In this document: piece after piece, positions 58,653-64,000 of the stretch
Position numbering within the stretch: the first letter of the stretch is position 1
Layout of the letters: each line of letters opens with the position of its first letter
Assembly (NCBI GenBank): GCA_050506795.1
Contig: JBJHCF010000008.1
Location: 1 to 64,000, forward strand
Origin: Opitutia bacterium
GTDB lineage: Bacteria > Verrucomicrobiota > Verrucomicrobiia > Opitutales > T3Sed10-336
Length of the DNA: 64,000 nucleotides
Direction: 5' to 3'
Program-made: the position numbers and the translations under genes
The notes under the pieces: model-generated
What the model saw: only the letters and a program-made list of their open reading frames with translations
Told to the model about the DNA's origin: nothing
Databases searched by the model: none

Positions 58653-58925
58653 GGAGAGAATTCAAACCTTTGAAACTCCCAGAACTTGATGCATGGATGC
58701 CTTTTCCCGACCCAGTCGGCGGTCAGTCGTTCCATCCGCGCACTGGAGCGAGACCTCGACTTTCGCCTTTGGGACCGCCCGGGCAAAAAGCACAGCTCAC
58801 CTTCCCCGGAGAACGCTTGCTGAAGAAAGGGCCCCCCGTTTTCGAGGTGTTTACGGAGGCCCGTCAGGTCGTCGAAGACACCTGCCGTTGGGGGAGGAAT
58901 AAGAATAGGTCGACGACGAAGGCCC

Positions 58926-60869
58926 TTAATAAACGCGAAAATCCCACAAACCGGGTTCGCCTTCGAGGATATGTACGCGCAGGTAACGGGCGCGTGCATT
59001 GTTTACGTCAATGTGGGGCGACTGGATTCGCAGCTTGTCGTTGCCGCCGAAGGGGCGCCAGGTGGAACCGTCGAGGGAGTATTCCACACGGTAGGCGTGG
59101 CCTTCGGTCGGTTTGACGAAATAAAGCTCTGAACGTCTCAGGTGGCGGGGTTCTCCGAGATCCAGTTTGAACCAGGGTTGAACATCGTCGTCCAGTGCCA
59201 TCCAGCGATTTCCGTTGGAGCCGTCAATCGCGTTGGCGGGGGAAAAGGTTTCAATCCGGTTCAGGCGTGGGTCGTTGATCGGCGGAATTCGCACCTCGGG
59301 CCGAGTGGTGGAGGCGGTCGCGGATGCGTCCCGTGCGAGATTCGGAGTGTTGTAAAAGGGATTCGGACGAAGGGCGCCGACACCTTCGAACGACAGCTCG
59401 ATCGGCTGGATCGTACCGTCGTCGTTAAAGTGCATCTCGGCAGCCATTACCTGACGGTTCGTTCCACTCCGCCCGTATTCAAGGTAAACGAAGTACCATT
59501 GATCGGAATCTTCGGGACTGAAGAAGCTGCCGTGACCGGGGCCGTAGATTCCTTTCTCATGATCGGTTGTGGAAATGATGTCTTGTTCTGGACCCTCCCA
59601 CGGTCCCAGAGGCGATGTCCGGCTCATCATGTAGGCGTACTGGTAGCCTTCGTGGCCCCCCAATGTGTAGAAGTAATAGTAGATGCCGTCGCGTTTCAGC
59701 ATGAACGGTCCTTCCGAATACCCGCCCCGTTTGGTCTGAATTCGCACGGGGTCGCCATCGAAGCCGGTGAAATCCGAATTCAGCCGCGCGATGTAGCGCT
59801 CGGACCACATCATGTAATAGGACCCGTCCTCGTCTCCAAATACTTCGGCGTCGATCGGATGTCCGGCCGTAATCGGGAAATGTTCCCATCCCGAGTCCGC
59901 GGTGATGTCTTTGCCGTCGAGTGTGCGGAACGGGCCTTCAGGGGAATCGCTGACAACCGCGACAATCCGATTGTCGAGGGTGGGGAAAAGGTAATAGCGG
60001 CCGTCTTTGTAGACAGGCGCGCTTGGAGCCCAGTATTTGGCGTCGAAATTCGAAGGGAAAATCGAGCCCGAGAAACTCCAGTTGACAAAATCCCTTGATT
60101 TCCAGACGACCGGGCGGCCGGAGGTGGCCAGGCCGTGGCCGTCGCCATCAGTCGTGCCGTAGCAGTAGAACATACCGTCGAATTCGACGACACTCGGATC
60201 GGCGTAGAGGGCGGGGATGAGCGCGTGGGGGAAGACCCTCTGCGCATCTTCGTCCGAAGGCGGACTGGCTTCCTCGATTAAATCGCCGTCGAGATAGGCG
60301 CGAATTGTGTCGCCTTCGATCTCAAGCCTGATGTCGTACCAGCGGCCGCTTTCGATTCGGCCCGGCACCCGTTCCGTGACAATGCCGGGAGCTTCGATTC
60401 CGTGGCCGGTATTGCCCCAACCGCCGATGTTCCAGAACGACTTGAACGTCGCGTCCGGTCCCGGGAGCCCAAACAGAATCAGGAAGCCTTCGCGGCCGCC
60501 CAGCTTGCGTGCTTGCAGGGTGATTGTGATGTCACTCCAGTCGGGGTCGCCAATGAGCGCCCGGGCATCCGCCACCTGACTGGTCTGGCGCAAGGCGCCC
60601 TCGACAACCTCCCAGTTGCCACGCCGGGTGTCCCAGGGCTCCAGCCCGCGGGAAAAGTCGCTCTCGAAAAGGGTTTCATCGCCCCGGACCACCTTGATGT
60701 CACGGAACTCAGCCTGTGTTTCCCATGTGCCTACGCCAACCATGCCGCGAATCTCCTGATCCCCGTGGACGGGGATGGTGCCGCCCCCCAGGGCGCAAGT
60801 GGTTGCCAGGATGGCGGCAATCCGCAGGACTCGTTTTCGTCGTGTCTGAACGTGTTTTGGTGCTGTCAT
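58926..60869 (-). CDS. Secreted GH43 glycoside hydrolase with an N-terminal lectin-like module and a C-terminal F5/8-type C (CBM32-like) domain
   Basis: 'YADPSV', 'YWAPS', 'IDAEVF', 'YSEGP', 'GPGHGS'; C-terminal 'AIDG...RW', 'ARYLRV'. Confidence 0.88.
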   Translation of the reverse strand: MTAPKHVQTRRKRVLRIAAILATTCALGGGTIPVHGDQEIRGMVGVGTWETQAEFRDIKVVRGDETLFESDFSRGLEPWDTRRGNWEVVEGALRQTSQVADARALIGDPDWSDITITLQARKLGGREGFLILFGLPGPDATFKSFWNIGGWGNTGHGIEAPGIVTERVPGRIESGRWYDIRLEIEGDTIRAYLDGDLIEEASPPSDEDAQRVFPHALIPALYADPSVVEFDGMFYCYGTTDGDGHGLATSGRPVVWKSRDFVNWSFSGSIFPSNFDAKYWAPSAPVYKDGRYYLFPTLDNRIVAVVSDSPEGPFRTLDGKDITADSGWEHFPITAGHPIDAEVFGDEDGSYYMMWSERYIARLNSDFTGFDGDPVRIQTKRGGYSEGPFMLKRDGIYYYFYTLGGHEGYQYAYMMSRTSPLGPWEGPEQDIISTTDHEKGIYGPGHGSFFSPEDSDQWYFVYLEYGRSGTNRQVMAAEMHFNDDGTIQPIELSFEGVGALRPNPFYNTPNLARDASATASTTRPEVRIPPINDPRLNRIETFSPANAIDGSNGNRWMALDDDVQPWFKLDLGEPRHLRRSELYFVKPTEGHAYRVEYSLDGSTWRPFGGNDKLRIQSPHIDVNNARARYLRVHILEGEPGLWDFRVY

Positions 60870-61081
60870 CGGTTTATCGAAATTTCGGGTTTCGGGAGTG
60901 TGCGGTGCTCCGCGGAGTGATTAACGGCCTAACTGCGCCCAACCCCGGCCAGTTATCGTATTGGATTGTGGCGAATGCTTAGGTCGGCGACAATCCGCAA
61001 CGACCGTTTCCGGATATGACGGTCAAATATGTGTGGCTCCCTGCCACCAGGAGCCCACCACGACAGCGCACAGATCGGCGC

Positions 61082-63124
61082 TCAGTCTTCGAAACCCAGA
61101 CGGTAGTCAATTTCGGGCGGCGGGACTTCACCGCCTTCGCCTTTGAGGTAATGATCCATCCAGCGCATCAGACGCAGGCTGTAGTCCCAACGGGAAGCCG
61201 CACGCCGGTTGCCGTGTCCTTCCCCGCGATAGAGCACCAGACGGACCGGCGGCGGATTGTCCTGCAGGGTCAGATAGCGATAGAGAATGCGTGACTGGGT
61301 GGGATCGACGCGCGGGTCGGCGTCTCCGTGCAGGATGAGAATTGGTGTTTTGGCGTTTTCAACATGGCGTATCGGGCTGGCGTTTCGATACAGATCCCAA
61401 TCCTCCCAGGGCCAGGTCCGGTAGTGGACCTGGTAAAGTTCCCGCGGAATGTCCGAGGTGCCGAGCATGGAAATTTTGTCGGACAGGCCGACGTTCATTA
61501 CAGCTGCGGCAAAACGGTCGGAGTAATAAGTCGCCGCCCAGGCCGAGGCGTAGCCGCCGTACGATCCGCCGGTAATGCCGACCCGGTCGGCATCGACCAG
61601 CCCCATCTCGATAAGCGCATCGACGCCATCGACCAGATCGTCGAACTCCTCCATCGCCGGCCGGCCCTGCGACAGCAGCGCAAACTCCACGCCGCGTCCG
61701 GTGCTGCCGCGGTAATTGGGATAGAACATAAAATAGCCTTCGGCCGCGGCGTGCTGGGCCGGCAGGCTGTAGCCGGTAAGCCAACCGTTCGAGTAATGCG
61801 CTTCGGGACCACCATGTGCGGCCAGGATCAGCGGATAGCGCTCGCCTTCCCTGAAGTCCAGCGGCCAGACCAACAGGCCCTGGAGCGTGAGACCGTCGCG
61901 CGCCTGCCACTCGAACACTTCCTGGCGGGCCAGTTCCACATCAGCGAGCCACGGATTGGAGTCGGTCAAACGCTCGGGTGCGCCGGATCCTTCTTCAAAG
62001 GCAAACACCTCCGGCGGATGCGCCGAACTGCTGGCAACGGCCGCCAACCGACCCTGATCGCTGACACTCAGAGCGGTAAAGATCAGGCCCGGGAGAGACG
62101 CAAGATCACGTTCTCCGTCGCCGTCCACGGAGATCGCCGCCACACGCGATTCCACGCCTTCATGGCTGATGAAGAGCAGGGTATCCGGCCCGATCCAGTC
62201 CACAGCGCGCACATGACCTTCCAGATTCGGAAGCAAATTGCGCGGCGCCCCGCCGTCGCCGTCGACAACCATCAGGCGGCCTTCGGCGGTATCGTAACTG
62301 GTTTCGGTCGCGATCAGGGCCAGGTAATCACCATCGGGCGACCAGCGCCAATCACCAAGCTTGCCGGGCGTATCGACCTCACCAATCAGATTCCCTTCGA
62401 CCGTGATAACGCGCAGGCTCTGGAAGATCAATCGGTCGTCGACCAATTCGCGCGGAGTCACCGAAACTGCCAGCCGTTCGCCGTGGGGTGACCAGCGTAC
62501 CTGCTGAACCGAACCTTCGATCTCCAGCGGTTCGCCCGCTTCGCCGTCAATTTCGGCGATCCACAGCTTGCGCGGTTTCAACTGCTCTTCAAAGACGACC
62601 TGATCGAACCCCTTCTCACGCAGTTTGGTGACCTCCTCGGCATCGACCTCGGTGGCAATCAGAGCCACACGCCCCCCATCGGGGCTAAAGCTGTACCCCC
62701 TCACCCCTTCGCCGACCGACACTACACGCCGGGCTTCGCCGCCGTCGATCGGGATCCGGTACAAAGTGGCCTCTTTATCCCCGTCCCGCTCGTCGATAAA
62801 GGTAATGGCCGAGCCGTCGGGCAACCAACCCACGCCGCCGATGTTGACCTGTCCGGCGACAAACGGCCGGCTTTCGCCTCCGGCGCCGACCACGTGCAGT
62901 TCCCGCCAGGCCGGGCCATCGTCCTCTTTAGCCAGGTCCCGCGGGATGGAGCGCGTGTAGGCAATCCATCGACCGTCCGGGCTGATCGCCACACTTTCGA
63001 CTCGTTCCAGCCGGGCGATCTGCTCCAGCGTCATGCCTTCTCCGAGTGCCAATTGCGGCAACAGAACAACGGCGGCGAACAGCAATGAGGACACACGGCG
63101 GCAGGCGTCAAAGAAGGATTCCAT
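61082..63124 (-). CDS. S9 family peptidase (acylaminoacyl/dipeptidyl peptidase-like) with beta-propeller
   Basis: 'ISPDG' repeats, 'HGGPE', 'PNYRGSTGRG', 'GGSYGG', 'HGDADPRV', 'EGHG'. Confidence 0.92.
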   Translation of the reverse strand: MESFFDACRRVSSLLFAAVVLLPQLALGEGMTLEQIARLERVESVAISPDGRWIAYTRSIPRDLAKEDDGPAWRELHVVGAGGESRPFVAGQVNIGGVGWLPDGSAITFIDERDGDKEATLYRIPIDGGEARRVVSVGEGVRGYSFSPDGGRVALIATEVDAEEVTKLREKGFDQVVFEEQLKPRKLWIAEIDGEAGEPLEIEGSVQQVRWSPHGERLAVSVTPRELVDDRLIFQSLRVITVEGNLIGEVDTPGKLGDWRWSPDGDYLALIATETSYDTAEGRLMVVDGDGGAPRNLLPNLEGHVRAVDWIGPDTLLFISHEGVESRVAAISVDGDGERDLASLPGLIFTALSVSDQGRLAAVASSSAHPPEVFAFEEGSGAPERLTDSNPWLADVELARQEVFEWQARDGLTLQGLLVWPLDFREGERYPLILAAHGGPEAHYSNGWLTGYSLPAQHAAAEGYFMFYPNYRGSTGRGVEFALLSQGRPAMEEFDDLVDGVDALIEMGLVDADRVGITGGSYGGYASAWAATYYSDRFAAAVMNVGLSDKISMLGTSDIPRELYQVHYRTWPWEDWDLYRNASPIRHVENAKTPILILHGDADPRVDPTQSRILYRYLTLQDNPPPVRLVLYRGEGHGNRRAASRWDYSLRLMRWMDHYLKGEGGEVPPPEIDYRLGFED

Positions 63125-63442
63125 TGTATTAAGAAATCGCTTTTCAGGCGGGACGGGCACACGCCCGCTGGAACCGGTCTAAAGGAGCGCTTTCAGGGAA
63201 AAACGATAGCTGATCTGCGATAAAGGGGTCAAGATCAACGAATACGAGGGATGGATCAGATCAAAATGGGGCCAGGACTGTCGCCGCGATCAATCCGAGA
63301 ACCAGCAATCCCGCGGTCGCCGTGATTCAGTTCCGCTTCCAATAATTACCGGCCACAGTCCATTCGATATCGAGATTGATCACCTCGCGTTCAACTGTCA
63401 TGGTATCGGGAAATCCAAACTGCAACCCACCCACCGCTGATC

Positions 63443-64000
63443 ATGACCAAAACCGACTCGACGCTCACCGCGAATGTGAAATCCTATCTCGCCTCCGTAT
63501 CGGGCGTGAGACCAATCTGTCTCGCGGCGGTTGCCCTTTCCCTGGGGTTTCAGACCACCGCTTGCGCGAACGCCTATATCGACCTGAGCGAGGCACAAGC
63601 TCACCCGGGATTTAGATTCCAGGGGGAGTTCACTGGAACGATCCAGGACTCCGCCGAATCGGAACCGGTCAATGCCGCACTGCAGGTCTCGATCCACGGC
63701 GGCCAGGCCCGGGGACTTCTGTATTATGATTCCCTGCCGGACGGGATCGACAATCACCACGAAACAAAAATCAGAGCGGAACTCGAAGGCGTCTACCGCG
63801 ACGACGAACTGGTTCTGCGCGGGGAAGGCGCGCCGCGATTCCGTCACACCGCGGACGGCTTCGTGGCCTTTGATAATGAACACGACAACCTTGGAGAGCT
63901 GAATCGGGTCGAACGCGAAAGCCCGACTCTGGGGCTGGCGCCACCGGATAACGCGATCACCCTCTTTGACGGCGAACATCTCGAACATTGGAATGATGGC
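63443..64000 (+). CDS. Partial (runs off the window) secreted DUF1080-type protein
   Basis: Open frame MTKTDS... with a signal-like segment, ending 'SPTLGLAPPDNAITLFDG...W'. Confidence 0.7.
   Translation, partial: MTKTDSTLTANVKSYLASVSGVRPICLAAVALSLGFQTTACANAYIDLSEAQAHPGFRFQGEFTGTIQDSAESEPVNAALQVSIHGGQARGLLYYDSLPDGIDNHHETKIRAELEGVYRDDELVLRGEGAPRFRHTADGFVAFDNEHDNLGELNRVERESPTLGLAPPDNAITLFDGEHLEHWNDG

Overview
GC-rich bacterial chromosome segment. A prepilin-type/H-X9-DG protein, a DUF1080-type protein and the repeat families suggest Verrucomicrobia (Opitutales-like); this is inference only. There are no rRNA, tRNA, CRISPR or integrase features. (1) A ~13.6 kb defence island at 1002-14573 has two divergent parts. 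On the minus strand is a retron-like reverse transcriptase operon: a structured ~220-nt leader RNA, a 148-aa unknown, the RT (WVDD) and a Zn-ribbon/DUF2283-like unknown. On the plus strand is an HTH-SNF2 helicase-DUF3883 / DUF3800 / DUF1156 methylase / DUF499 ATPase restriction-like operon. (2) The rest is mixed metabolic, redox and envelope genes, several toxin-antitoxin pairs, decayed gene duplicates, a sigma54-to-ECF regulatory cascade and an arsM-like + pstSCAB operon. (3) The strongest candidate for a new system is 32829-35974: a DoxX gene, a 117-aa precursor-like peptide with a hydrophobic leader and 30 consecutive Glu-(Ala/Gly) dipeptides, and a tubulin-tyrosine-ligase-family ATP-grasp enzyme fused to a PqqD/RRE domain. 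This looks like a RiPP-type, tubulin-code-like glutamylation/peptide-ligation system. All family assignments come from motif recognition by eye; no database searches were run.
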